Assembly (NCBI GenBank): GCA_963796055.1
Contig: CAWCKH010000004.1
Span: 3,552,001 to 3,616,000, forward strand
Length of the DNA stretch: 64,000 nt
Reading direction: 5' to 3'
From: an uncultured delta proteobacterium
Lineage (GTDB): Bacteria; Myxococcota; Myxococcia; Myxococcales; Myxococcaceae
Below, one piece after another: positions 42,601 through 51,775 of this stretch. Under the pieces are notes generated by a model. It worked only from the letters and a program-made list of their open reading frames with translations, made no database searches and was not told the origin of the DNA. Both the position numbers and the translations under genes were made by a program. Position 1 is the stretch's first letter, and each line of letters opens with the position of its first letter.

Positions 42601-45499
42601 CGGCTGGGTCTCCTGGCAGCGCAACGACTCGGACCGCATCGATCTCGTGACCGACAAGGCGGTCTACGACCCGGGCGAGACGGCGAAGGTCCTGGTCAAG
42701 AGCCCGTTCCCGGCGGCCGAGGCGGTGCTCACCGTGGAGCGGGAGGGCGTCAGCTCGGTCCGCCACGTCAGGCTCAAGGGCGCCGCCACGGCGCTCGACG
42801 TCCCGCTGGGCGAGGCGGGAATCCCGGACGTCTACGTGGGGGTGGTGCTGGTGCGCGGGCGCGTGGCCCAGGGCGACGCACCCGAGGCCGGCGAGGATCC
42901 AGGGCGGCCTCAGGTCAGGATCGGCTACGCGAAGCTGAAGGTGGAGCGGAAGAGCAAGCGGCTGGCGGTGGAGGTGACGCCCGGTCGGACGCAGTACCGG
43001 CCGCGCGAGACGGTGAAGGTGGCCCTGCGGACGACCGACTGGAAGGGTGCGCCGGTGCCCGCCGAGGTCGCGGTGTGGGCGGTGGACGAGGGCGTGCTCC
43101 GCCTCACGTCGTACGAGCCGCCGGATCCGCTCGACGCGCTCCAGCCGGAGCGAGGCCTGTCGGTCCGGATCGGCGAGCCGCTCATCCACCTGGTGCGCCG
43201 GATGGTCTACGCCGACAAGGGGATGACGACGGGCGGCGGAGGTGGCGCCGAGGGCGGGGGAGGGATCCGCTCCCGGTTCAAGACCACCGTGCTCTTCGCC
43301 CCCGCGGTGGTGACCGGCACGGACGGACGGGCCGAGGTCGAGTTCACGCTCCCCGACAACCTCACCACCTACCGCATCATGGCCCTGGCGCTGGACAAGG
43401 GAGACCGGGGCGGGAAGGGCGGCAGCAGCTTCCAGGTCGCCAAGCCGCTCCTGGCCATGCCGGCGCTGCCGCGGTTCGCGCGCGTGGGAGACACGGTGGA
43501 GGCGGGGGTCGTCGTCCACGCGCCCTCGGGGAAGATCAAGGAGGTGGAGGTCACGGCCACCGCCAGCGGTCCGCTCAAGCTGCAGGGCGAGACCCGGCGT
43601 GTCCTCGCGCTCCCCGAGGGAAAGCCTCGCGAGGTGCGGTTCCGGTACCTGGCAGAGGGGTCGGGAGAGGCAGTGCTCCGCTACGCGGTCAAGGGCGGCG
43701 GCGAGCAGGACGCGGTGGAGCAGCGGATCCCGGTGCGCATCCCCACCCAGATGGAGGCGGTGGCAATCGCCGGCGAGAGCAAGGACGTGGCGCGCGAGCA
43801 GCTCTCGAGCCCCTCCGGGGTGCGGCCGGACGTGGGCGGCCTCGAGGTGACGATGGCCTCCACCGTGCTCGGCGGGTACGGGGAAGCGATGCGGCAGCTG
43901 GTGGACTACCCCTACGGTTGCCTCGAGCAGCTCTCGTCCCGTCTCGTTCCCTTCGTCGCGCTCCGCGAGCTGCACGGGGTCTTCAAGCTGCCGTGGCGCC
44001 CGGACAGCGCCCGGACCTGGGTGGGGGAGGACGCCATCGCCCGCTGGGGAACGACCGACCCCGACGAGGTCACCACCAGGACGGTGAAGGCCATCGAGGC
44101 GCTGCAGCGGTACGACGGCGGGTACGGCTACTGGAGCTCGGACAGCTGCAGCTCGCCCCATGGCTCGGCGTACGCGGTCCTGGCCCTCGGGCGCGCCGCG
44201 GAGGTGGGTTACCCCGTCGACCGGGAGGCGCTCCGGAGAGGCCAGCAGTTCCTGTCCAGGGTCGCGGCGGGCAACGTCCAGACCTGCTCCTGGTGGGTCC
44301 GGCAGGTCGACCCCGGCACCCGGGCCTTCGCGCTCTACGCGCTGGCGCGCACCCGGGCCCCCCAGGCCTCGAGCGCCACGGCGCTGTTCGCCCGCCGCTC
44401 GGAGCTCCCCTTCTACGGCAAGGCGATGCTCGCCGACGCGCTGTGGATGGGTGGTGGCGACCGGGCCGCGGCACGGCTCCTCACCACCGAGCTGCTGGAC
44501 CGGGCGAAGGAGACGTCGGGCACGCTCCACCTCGAGGAGATGAATGCGGTGACCTACCAGTCCGACTGGTCGAGCGACCTGCGCACCACGGCGATCGCGC
44601 TGCAGACGCTGGTGGACGTCACGCCCGACCATCCCTACGTGGGGAAGATGGCCCGCTACCTGGTCGAGAGTCGGGGAGCAAACGGGCGCTACAAGACGAC
44701 GCAGGAGGCGGCCTTCGCGCTGATGGCACTGACCGAGGTGGTCCGGACCCGGGAGAAGGACGCGCCGGACTTCGTGGGCAAGGTGCTCGTCGGCGGCAAG
44801 CAGGTCGCCGAGTCCGAGTTCCACGGCCGGAGCATGGACGTGCGGCGGACGGTGCTCCCGATGTCGCAGCTCCCGCAGCTCGGGAAGTCGGCGGCCTTCG
44901 AGTTCCTCCGCGACGGGAAGACCGGTCTCCTGTCGTACACTGCGGTGCTGCGCTACGCGCCGGCGGAGATGCCCCGCGACGCGCTGGACCGGGGGCTGGT
45001 CGTCCAGCGGTGGATCGAGCCGTACTCGGGCGGCGGACAGCTCAAGGCGGTCAAGGCCGGCGAGCTGGTACGGATCAAGGTCCGGGTCGGCACCCCGGCG
45101 GCGCGGGCCAACGTGGCGCTGGAGATTCCGCTGCCCGCGGGCCTGGAGGCGGTGGACACCAGTCTTTCGACCACGGCCCGGCTCTCCCGGGGGGAGCCGT
45201 CGGCGGACACCGAGACCGACGAGATGGAGGACGCCCGCGAGGCAGGCGTTCCCCCCTGGGTGCTCGGTTTCTGGAACCCCTTCAACCACACCGAGCTGCG
45301 CGACGACCGGGCCCTGTTCTTCTCCAACGAGCTGCCCCCGGGCGTCCACACCGTCTCGGTGGTCGCCCGGGCGACGAGCCCCGGTGACTACCTGCTGGTC
45401 CCGGCTCGGGCGGAGGCGATGTACGCGCCCGAGGTGTTCGGCCGATCGGAGGGAGGCAACTTCCAGGTGCTCGACGAGGGGAACGTCGCGGCCCGCTGA
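39659..45499 (+). CDS. Bacterial alpha-2-macroglobulin (lipoprotein)
   Basis: Lipobox LTAC, IYRPGD (MG2), FRVEEY, LPDNLTTYR, thioester YPYGCLEQ (CLEQ at 43919-43930), AEAMYAPEVFGRS. Confidence 0.93.
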   Translation: MRHASTRLVCAAMLVAVALTACKEKPSGQAPLQPLPPPPALSIAPEALPSSGLTVVAARPHEVVGADARPTITFSRPVVALMSIEEQKALAPPASLSPAVEGEWRWIGSASVEFVPRTPLPFATRFTVTVPAGLKGVDGSSLQEAYSWSFDTPGPRLESVQPAGQWRWLRPTEDIVLVFNQAVVEPEKSISLRVGNEGTPWPITVSTAAAPAAPEEVERPGRNFVPSRRTTVTVKVGKPLPLATDVLLVVATTLRAKEGPLALDQEQRIAYRTYGPARIGSMSACFGGYDCPYGPLVIESTNPLSVASLKSNLRIEPAVELDWGHASSPPGARGDRHEAVTVVPGKFRPGTSYSVSIASGVNDAFGQTAPAARGQMRTDDLRPEYELGPDVALLEARGDGALPVRFTNVTQLDVQLWPLGPAEMARFLSGRRSAQTVPSGQPVTTQLVLDGTHNLPGTRPVKVRELLAGKNTGLFHLVTSAPEIDVKHQWQRTQRVTGQITDLAVHTKLGATSGVVWVTRVSDGTVVPGAALSLYDADGAVKWHGKTDGDGLARVPGLASLVGPGRGAGRRNRDLDSGPPFALVAAALGGDTGVTLADWSGGFGPWAFGVEGAWDGKRPQSMGFATAERGIYRPGDTVLVKGMLRYRRLGVVTSPPKGTQAEVVVTDSHGKQIWSRSVPLSDYGTFSAEVAIDAAAALGTYSLRANANVPSGKVDTGTAFRVEEYRPPQFKVDVTTRSADAFAGQPLEGRVVARYLFGGAMPGATVRWTATRTTDDFQPPDNAGFAFGVATWEWSDESPQPSTEVIGAGEGKTDAQGVLDLTAGQVETPGGRSSLVTLEAEVADVNRQRIANRTQIQVHPAALYAGIRQRNVEGFAEVGKPVSLEAVAVSPDGKRQKAQVQVTVLRRDWKFVRKKTAGDRWETLSEPVEESVASCAVKVEGLPGACTFTPKAPGYHVLQAEVVDAQKRKQVSRSSLYVVGDGWVSWQRNDSDRIDLVTDKAVYDPGETAKVLVKSPFPAAEAVLTVEREGVSSVRHVRLKGAATALDVPLGEAGIPDVYVGVVLVRGRVAQGDAPEAGEDPGRPQVRIGYAKLKVERKSKRLAVEVTPGRTQYRPRETVKVALRTTDWKGAPVPAEVAVWAVDEGVLRLTSYEPPDPLDALQPERGLSVRIGEPLIHLVRRMVYADKGMTTGGGGGAEGGGGIRSRFKTTVLFAPAVVTGTDGRAEVEFTLPDNLTTYRIMALALDKGDRGGKGGSSFQVAKPLLAMPALPRFARVGDTVEAGVVVHAPSGKIKEVEVTATASGPLKLQGETRRVLALPEGKPREVRFRYLAEGSGEAVLRYAVKGGGEQDAVEQRIPVRIPTQMEAVAIAGESKDVAREQLSSPSGVRPDVGGLEVTMASTVLGGYGEAMRQLVDYPYGCLEQLSSRLVPFVALRELHGVFKLPWRPDSARTWVGEDAIARWGTTDPDEVTTRTVKAIEALQRYDGGYGYWSSDSCSSPHGSAYAVLALGRAAEVGYPVDREALRRGQQFLSRVAAGNVQTCSWWVRQVDPGTRAFALYALARTRAPQASSATALFARRSELPFYGKAMLADALWMGGGDRAAARLLTTELLDRAKETSGTLHLEEMNAVTYQSDWSSDLRTTAIALQTLVDVTPDHPYVGKMARYLVESRGANGRYKTTQEAAFALMALTEVVRTREKDAPDFVGKVLVGGKQVAESEFHGRSMDVRRTVLPMSQLPQLGKSAAFEFLRDGKTGLLSYTAVLRYAPAEMPRDALDRGLVVQRWIEPYSGGGQLKAVKAGELVRIKVRVGTPAARANVALEIPLPAGLEAVDTSLSTTARLSRGEPSADTETDEMEDAREAGVPPWVLGFWNPFNHTELRDDRALFFSNELPPGVHTVSVVARATSPGDYLLVPARAEAMYAPEVFGRSEGGNFQVLDEGNVAAR

Positions 45500-45505
45500 G
45501 GGAGG

Positions 45506-47803
45506 ATGGTTCCATCGGCCATGAGAACTCGTGTGGGCCGCGCGCTGGTCGCAGCCGTCGGGGCACTGGTGCTCGGGTGTCTCGGCTTCGTCGCCGGGCC
45601 GCTGCCCCCCGGGCTGCTCGACCCGGCCGGCACGCTGAGTGTCCGCGTGCTCGACCGCGACGGCCAGCTCCTCCGGGAGCTTCCCTCCCGCCGAAGCTCG
45701 CGCAGCATCTCGCTCCCGACGGATGCGCCCGTGCCCGCCGTGCTGCGCGACGCCTTCATCGCCTCGGAGGACCGGCGCTTCGAGTGGCACCCCGGGGTGG
45801 ACCCACTGGCCATCGCCCGCGCGGCGGTGAGCAACCTCCGGGCGGGTCGGGTGGTGAGTGGCGCGTCGACCCTCACCCAGCAGCTCGCGCGGCTGGTCGT
45901 CCCGCGCCGGCGGACGCTCGCCGGCAAGGCGGGGGAGGCGCTCTGGGCCCTGCGGCTGTCGGCACACCTGTCGCGTGAGGACATCCTCCGCGCCTACCTG
46001 GACCGGGTGGCGCTGGGGCACGACCTCGTCGGGGTCGAGGCGGCCGCACAGGCTTACTTCGGTCGGCCGGCGAGCGCGCTGTCGGCCGGGCAGGCGGCGC
46101 TGCTCGCGGCCATCGCCCGTTCCCCGGCCCGGGTGGACCCGTGGGGAGATCCCGGGGTCACCATGGAGGCGATGCGCGAGGTGCTCGCACGGATGCGCCG
46201 GGGCGGACGGCTCGACGCCCAGCTGGAGCGGGTGGCCGCGACCGCGGACCTCGACGTCGTCCCCCCGGCCCGGCCGTTCGGCGCCCCGCACCTGGTGGTC
46301 GACCTCGCCGGAAAGCTCGGCACGCTCGGCCTCGGCGGCGCGGTGGAGGTGCGGACCACCCTCGACCCGGCACTCCAGCGCGACGTCGAGCGCGCGGTGC
46401 GCTCGGAGCTGGCCGCGGACCCGCGTCTCGGCCAGGCCGCGGTGCTCGTCCTGGACAACGCCTCGGGCGAGGTGCTCGCCTACGTGGGCTCGGCGGATTT
46501 CCGGGACGACGCCCACGAGGGTCAGAACGACGGGGTCCGTGCCCGCCGCCAGCCCGGGAGCGCGCTGAAGCCCTTCGCCTACGGGCTGGCGCTCGCCAGC
46601 GGCTGGACCCCGGCCTCGGTGCTGAGCGACGTGGATCTCGAGGTGGGCACCGCCGGCGGTGCCTGGCTCCCGCGCAACTACGACCGGCGCCAGCACGGAC
46701 CGGTGCGCCTGCGGGCCGCGCTGGCCAACAGCTACAACGTCCCGGCGGTCGAGCTGACCGACGCGCTCGGCCCCGAGCGAGTTCTCGACGTGCTCCGCGA
46801 GGCGGGTTTCTCCGCCCTGGATGCCAGCGCCGAGCACTACGGCGCCGGGCTGGTCCTCGGGAACGGCGACGTGTCGCTCTGGGAGCTGGCCCGGGCCTAC
46901 CGTGGGCTGGCCCGCGGAGGCATCGTCGAGCCGCTCCGGCTGGTGCGTGCGGCGACGGACCCGCTGGGCGAGCGGGTCGAGGCCAGGGCCGAGCTCGCCC
47001 CCCGGCGCTTCCTGCCCGCGGACGCGGTGGCGCTGCTGACCGACCTCCTCTCGGACGAGATGGCCCGCGCGCCGGCGTTCGGCCTGGACAACGCGCTCCG
47101 GCTGCCCTTCCCGGTGGCGGCGAAGACCGGCACCAGCCGGGCGTACGTGGACAACTGGACCGTGGGCTTCACCCGCGAGCGCACGGTGGCGGTGTGGGTG
47201 GGGAACTTCGATGGCCGGCCGATGCAGCGGGTCTCGGGCATCACCGGGGCGGGGCCTCTCTTTGCCCGGGTCATGCGCCGGGCGATGGTCGGCCTGCGTC
47301 CGGCGCCGCTCGTGGACCGCGCGCGGTTCCAGCGGGTGCGCATCTGTCCGCTCTCGGGTCATCGAGCCGGGGAGGCCTGCCCGGGCTCGTTCGAGGAGGT
47401 CTTCCTCCCCGGGACCGCGCCGACCGAGCCGTGCGTGATGCACCGGATCGCGGACGGTCGGCGGGTGCTCGCCCTCGACGCGCGGTACAGCGGCTGGGCC
47501 GAGCGCGAGCGGCTCGAGGTCGCGGCCGGGGAAGGTGGCGGCGCTTCCCCGGGCTTCATCACCCCGCGTGACGGGGACGAGTTCCTGGTGGAGGCCGGCA
47601 TCCCGACCACGTCGCAGACCATCCCGGTCCGGGTACGGGGCGGCGGGGCCGCCCGGTTGTGGGTCGATGGACGGGCGGTGGAGCTTGACGCCGGCCGCTC
47701 GGTGCGGCTCCCCCTGAGCGGCGGGACGCACGCGCTGGAGCTCAGGGCCCCAGGCTCACCGGACCCCGTCCAGCGCATCCAGGTCCGTGTGCGGGGGCCG
47801 TGA
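45506..47803 (+). CDS. pbpC: Penicillin-binding protein 1C
   Basis: EDRRF, GASTLTQQ (transglycosylase); SALK, SYN, KTG (transpeptidase); canonical A2M partner. Confidence 0.93.
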   Translation: MVPSAMRTRVGRALVAAVGALVLGCLGFVAGPLPPGLLDPAGTLSVRVLDRDGQLLRELPSRRSSRSISLPTDAPVPAVLRDAFIASEDRRFEWHPGVDPLAIARAAVSNLRAGRVVSGASTLTQQLARLVVPRRRTLAGKAGEALWALRLSAHLSREDILRAYLDRVALGHDLVGVEAAAQAYFGRPASALSAGQAALLAAIARSPARVDPWGDPGVTMEAMREVLARMRRGGRLDAQLERVAATADLDVVPPARPFGAPHLVVDLAGKLGTLGLGGAVEVRTTLDPALQRDVERAVRSELAADPRLGQAAVLVLDNASGEVLAYVGSADFRDDAHEGQNDGVRARRQPGSALKPFAYGLALASGWTPASVLSDVDLEVGTAGGAWLPRNYDRRQHGPVRLRAALANSYNVPAVELTDALGPERVLDVLREAGFSALDASAEHYGAGLVLGNGDVSLWELARAYRGLARGGIVEPLRLVRAATDPLGERVEARAELAPRRFLPADAVALLTDLLSDEMARAPAFGLDNALRLPFPVAAKTGTSRAYVDNWTVGFTRERTVAVWVGNFDGRPMQRVSGITGAGPLFARVMRRAMVGLRPAPLVDRARFQRVRICPLSGHRAGEACPGSFEEVFLPGTAPTEPCVMHRIADGRRVLALDARYSGWAERERLEVAAGEGGGASPGFITPRDGDEFLVEAGIPTTSQTIPVRVRGGGAARLWVDGRAVELDAGRSVRLPLSGGTHALELRAPGSPDPVQRIQVRVRGP

Positions 47804-47812
47804 CGAGCCGGT

Positions 47813-47962
47813 TCACACCGACGCGACCACCGCCCCCGCCCGCTGCACATCCGCGCGGACGAGGACGAGGAAGGGCAGCCCCATCAGGCAGAGGAAGCAC
47901 GCCACCGCGCACCGTACCCGCGCCCAGCTGCGGAACTCGGTCCGGTCGAGTTGGATCATCAT
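47813..47962 (-). CDS. Small membrane/secreted peptide, paralog 1 (truncated, 49 aa)
   Basis: AGGAGG RBS; WARVRCAVACFLCLMGLP...ADVQ aligns with 48885..49124. Confidence 0.65.
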   Translation of the reverse strand: MMIQLDRTEFRSWARVRCAVACFLCLMGLPFLVLVRADVQRAGAVVASV

Positions 47963-48013
47963 GGCCACTCCCTCCTTTCTGAACAGGCAGGTCGCCCGTG
48001 CACGCCTGGAGGT

Positions 48014-48029
48014 TGCACCCGCCGTGCCG
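48014..48029 (-). promoter_or_regulatory. Sigma54 promoter of paralog 1
   Basis: CGGCACGGCGGGTGCA (GG-N10-GC). Confidence 0.7.
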
Positions 48030-48123
48030 GATCCACGTTGCTGAAAACACGGGGGAGTCCGCTCGGCCGGTGTGACCTCCACGTCCACCCTGGGCCGGCG
48101 CCTGTTGCGGCTCAGGCAAGAGA

Positions 48124-48770
48124 TCAGCGCGGAGCCGTCGGAAGGTCTCGCAGTACGTAGAGGTGCCCCAGGGTTCGGCCGAACATCAACGCCAGCTCCT
48201 GGCCGTCCGGTGACACCGCCACGTGCGCCGTGCCGAGCCAGCCCGTCGGGTCGACGGGCCCGAGGCTGCGCTCCTCCAGCACCTGCCCGCGAGTGAGGTC
48301 GATCCGGAAGAGCCGGGCCAGCTGACCGGCCCAGGACCTGCGCTGGCGATCCGTCCACCCGCGCATGACCACCAGGGCCGGCTGCAGCCCGGTGAGGGTG
48401 GGGAGCGGGCTCGCGACCGAAAAGAGGATTCTCCGGTCACGGGAAAAGGAGGCGAGGGTGTTGCTCCAGTCGGTCCACGACAGCAGCGTCTGCTTCCCGG
48501 TCCGGTCGAAGTGGACGACCTCGGACCGTTCGAACTGGTTCTCCAGGAGCACGCTCCATCGGGACCGATGTCCTCGAGATGGATGTCGGACGGGGCCTGG
48601 TACACCTCCCGCTGCCGCCCGCGTGGGTCCACCGCGAGGAGGGTGTTCCGCCCCAGCTCTCCGGTGGTGACCCATACCTCCGCGTCGTCCGGGGACCAGG
48701 CCAGTCCCTCGGCGCCGAGGACCGAGACGATCTGGTAAGGCCCGACCTGGTCACCCGGGCTCAGCTGCAC
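48124..48770 (-). pseudogene. Ser/Thr kinase-beta-propeller gene remnant (internal deletion plus frameshift)
   Basis: VQLSPGDQVGPYQIVSVLGA (kinase N-terminus) joins directly to EGLAWSPD (PD40/TolB-like); frameshift near 48557; ends VSPDGQELA...LYVLRDL. Confidence 0.7.
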
Positions 48771-48884
48771 GTCGACCGAGCCCAGCCGAGGTCGCTCCGG
48801 CGCGACGGACCCAGAAACGAGAGCGGGGCCACCGACACGCCCCCGTGTCCGTGGCCCCGCGTTCACTCTCTCCTATGGAGAGCC

Positions 48885-49124
48885 TCAGCGATTCGAAGGG
48901 GACATCGCCAGCAGGGCCTCGTCCGAGCCCGGGCCGATGTCCAGCCCCGCCTGGGCCACGTGCACCACGCCAGGCACCGACTCCGTGAAGACGGGGGCCA
49001 CGGCGGCCTCGGAAGGCTGAACGTCCGCCAGCGCAAGCGCAATCGGGAGCCCCATCACGCAGAGAAATCCCGCCGCCACGCTCCGCACTCGCATCCAGCT
49101 GCTGCCCTCGGTCTCGTTCATCAT
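48885..49124 (-). CDS. Small membrane/secreted peptide, paralog 2 (79 aa)
   Basis: GGAGGAG RBS; N-terminal hydrophobic helix; C-terminal AGLDIGPGSDEALLAMSP. Confidence 0.75.
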   Translation of the reverse strand: MMNETEGSSWMRVRSVAAGFLCVMGLPIALALADVQPSEAAVAPVFTESVPGVVHVAQAGLDIGPGSDEALLAMSPSNR

Positions 49125-49177
49125 GGCCTGCTCCTCCGTGGCGCCGTTTGCTTCGGCGCCCGACAGGTTCCGGGGAC

Positions 49178-49193
49178 TGCAGCCCTGGTGCCT
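49178..49193 (-). promoter_or_regulatory. Sigma54 promoter of paralog 2
   Basis: AGGCACCAGGGCTGCA (GG-N10-GC). Confidence 0.7.
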
Positions 49194-49313
49194 GGCTCAA
49201 GTCGTTGAAATCACACTTCTTTCAACACGATTCCGTCGCGCCGGTATCTACAGGAGGCCCCGGGCGTTGCCGGCGAGGCAACATGTCGACCGGGGTTGGC
49301 ACAGGAGGGGTCG

Positions 49314-50288
49314 ATGTCGGAGGAGCGGCTGCGGTACCTCGCTGAGGCGGATGTGCGCGCGGCGGGGCCGCCGCTGCCGGAGCTCGTCCGGGCCCTCGAG
49401 GCGGCCTTTCGTGACCTGGGGGAGGGCCGAGCCGAGGTGCCAGCGAAGCTCGGCGTGCATCCGTCGGCCGGCTCCTTCTTCCACGCCATGCCAGCGCTGT
49501 GGCTGGGAGCATCCGCCGCGGCGGTCAAGTGGGTGGGCTCCTTCCCGGGGAATCGGAGCCGTGGCCAGCCGAGCATCTCGGCGCTGCTCGTCCTGAGCGA
49601 TCCGGACGACGGCCGGCCGCTGGCGATCATGGACGCACGCTGGCTCACCGTGCAACGCACGGCGGCGTGCTCCGCGCTCTCGGCGAGGTTCCTTGCCCGG
49701 CCCTCGGCGCGCAGCCTCGGAGTGCTGGGGTGCGGGCTCCAGGCGCGAGCGCACGTGGAGGCGTTCCGGGCGCTCCTTCCGCTCGAACGGGTGCGGGCGT
49801 TCGACCGTCACCCGGAGCGGGCAGCCGCGTTCGCCGAGGAGGTCGCGCGTGCGCACGGCGTCGATGCCAGCGCGCATGCCTCGGTGCAGGAGGTGGTGGA
49901 GGACATGGACGTCGTCTTGACCGCGGGCGCCATCGGCACCCTTCCGGACCCGCCCATCGCCGCGGGCTGGCTCGCGCCGGGAGCCTTCGCCTGCAGCATC
50001 GATTACGCGAGCCCCTGGAGCGGGGGTGCGCTTCGCGAGCTCGATCTGGTGTCCACGGACGACCGGGCGCAGCTCGAGGCGGCGCGGAAGACCGGGCCTC
50101 TGGCCCGGCTCCCACCCGTGCACGCCGACCTCGCCGAGCTGGTCACCGGGCGCAGGACGGGGCGAACGGCCGAAGCCCAGCGCACGATGGCGTGCAACCT
50201 CGGATTCGCGCTCGCCGACCTCGCCGCGGCGGCGCTCGTGGTCCGGCGTGCCCGGGACGCCGGGCTGGGGACCCTCCTTCCCCTCTGA
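49314..50288 (+). CDS. Ornithine cyclodeaminase/mu-crystallin family protein
   Basis: KWVGSFPGN, RTAACSAL, GCGLQA, GFALADLA; AGGAGG RBS. Confidence 0.9.
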   Translation: MSEERLRYLAEADVRAAGPPLPELVRALEAAFRDLGEGRAEVPAKLGVHPSAGSFFHAMPALWLGASAAAVKWVGSFPGNRSRGQPSISALLVLSDPDDGRPLAIMDARWLTVQRTAACSALSARFLARPSARSLGVLGCGLQARAHVEAFRALLPLERVRAFDRHPERAAAFAEEVARAHGVDASAHASVQEVVEDMDVVLTAGAIGTLPDPPIAAGWLAPGAFACSIDYASPWSGGALRELDLVSTDDRAQLEAARKTGPLARLPPVHADLAELVTGRRTGRTAEAQRTMACNLGFALADLAAAALVVRRARDAGLGTLLPL

Positions 50289-50309
50289 ACGCTCACCGAT
50301 GGGTGGCGT

Positions 50310-50540
50310 TCACTCGGGCATGGGCGAGGTCACCAGCAGCGCCTCGTCCGAACCCGGCCCCACGTCGATTCCCGCCGCCGCCTCGTGCATCGAGGGAGGC
50401 ACGTATCCACTGACCGAGGAGGTCGCCTCCGGTGCCGCCGGGTGAACCCCCGCGGTCGCCAGGGTGACGAGCGCCGTCACCGACAGGAACCCCAACAGCA
50501 CGTTCCGCACCCACCTCGGCCCATCATTCGCATTGCTCAT
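50310..50540 (-). CDS. Small membrane/secreted peptide, paralog 3 (76 aa)
   Basis: GGAGGA RBS; hydrophobic N-terminal helix; C-terminal AGIDVGPGSDEALLVTSP. Confidence 0.75.
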   Translation of the reverse strand: MSNANDGPRWVRNVLLGFLSVTALVTLATAGVHPAAPEATSSVSGYVPPSMHEAAAGIDVGPGSDEALLVTSPMPE

Positions 50541-50597
50541 CGCCGTTCCTCCAGCACGGGCGCCGTGTCCAGTCGGTCGCCCTCATGCAGGCACGGC

Positions 50598-50613
50598 TGC
50601 AGAGTCGGTGCCT
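50598..50613 (-). promoter_or_regulatory. Sigma54 promoter of paralog 3
   Basis: AGGCACCGACTCTGCA (GG-N10-GC). Confidence 0.7.
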
Positions 50614-50782
50614 CGCGCAAGTGCCCGGGCTCAGCGCAGGCTCAACACGGTGGTGTGACTTCGCAGGCTGCAGCCGCGCGGAGGATGTCGCGGCGGCGGC
50701 AACCGCACGCCTCGTGCGGCGCGCGATCGCACACAGCGCCGTGTCGCAGAGAGGCCCCTGAACGCGCAGGGACGAGCACCCG

Positions 50783-51775
50783 TCAGAGCGGGCGGCGCAG
50801 GACCCGCGACAGCTCGCCGATGATGCCCCGGCGGAACGCCAGCACGCAGACCACGAACAGCGCACCCTCCACCACCGTCACCCAGCCGCCGAGCTGGGCC
50901 AGGTAGCTCTCCACACAGACGATCACCACCGCGCCGACGATGGGGCCGAACACCGTCCCCAGGCCCCCGAGCAGCACCATGAGAATCACCTCGCCCGAGG
51001 TTCCCCAGTGCACGTCGGTCAGCGAGGCCAGCTCGAAGACGATGGACTTGGTGCCACCGGCAAGCCCGGAGAGCGCCGCCGAGAGCACGAAGGCGATGAG
51101 CTTGTACTGGTCGGACTTGTAGCCGAGCGACACCGCCCGCGGCTCGTTCTCGCGCACCGCCTTGAGCACCTGCCCGAAAGGCGAATGGACGACCCGGAAG
51201 ATGAAGAAGAAGCCGAAGAGGAAGATCGCCAGGACGACGAAGTACATCGCCAGGTCGTTCTCCAGTGACAGCAACCCGAGCAGCTTCCCGCGCGGCACTC
51301 CCTGGATGCCGTCCTCGCCGCCGGTGAAGGGGGCGCGAAGGCAGAAGAAGTAGAACATCTGCGCGAGCGCCAGGGTGATCATCGCGAAGTAGATCCCCTG
51401 GCGGCGGATGGCGAGCCACCCCACCGCCAGCCCCAGCAGGGCGGCGGTGACGGTCCCGGTGAGCACCGCCAGCTCGAAGGGCAGCCCCCAGACCTTCGCC
51501 GCATGGGCCGCCAGGTACCCCGCGCCCCCGAAGAACAGCGCGTGCCCGAACGAGAGCAGGCCCACGTACCCGATGAGGAGGTTGAACGCGCAGGCGAACA
51601 GCGCCCAGCACAGCATCTTCATCAGGAACACCGGGTAGACGACGAACGGCGCCCCCAGGGCCAGGACGATCAGGATCGCCATCGGGATGCGCAGGGAGCG
51701 GAGCTCCTCCCTCGCCTTGGTACGGTCGCGGATGCCGGCGCTCGTCTCCGCCCCGGTTGCCCCGTGCGCGGTCAC
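50783..51775 (-). CDS. livM: Branched-chain amino acid-type ABC transporter permease (LivM-like)
   Basis: GLLSFGHALFFG, YFAMITLA, TGGEDG, AVRENE. Confidence 0.88.
   Translation of the reverse strand: MTAHGATGAETSAGIRDRTKAREELRSLRIPMAILIVLALGAPFVVYPVFLMKMLCWALFACAFNLLIGYVGLLSFGHALFFGGAGYLAAHAAKVWGLPFELAVLTGTVTAALLGLAVGWLAIRRQGIYFAMITLALAQMFYFFCLRAPFTGGEDGIQGVPRGKLLGLLSLENDLAMYFVVLAIFLFGFFFIFRVVHSPFGQVLKAVRENEPRAVSLGYKSDQYKLIAFVLSAALSGLAGGTKSIVFELASLTDVHWGTSGEVILMVLLGGLGTVFGPIVGAVVIVCVESYLAQLGGWVTVVEGALFVVCVLAFRRGIIGELSRVLRRPL

Noticed and set aside
41255..47731. 2158-aa minus-strand ORF and other long antisense or alternate-frame ORFs (e.g. 25252..28740, 12556..14868)
   Set aside because: Shadow ORFs of high-GC genes; they overlap well-supported genes and show no recognisable motifs.
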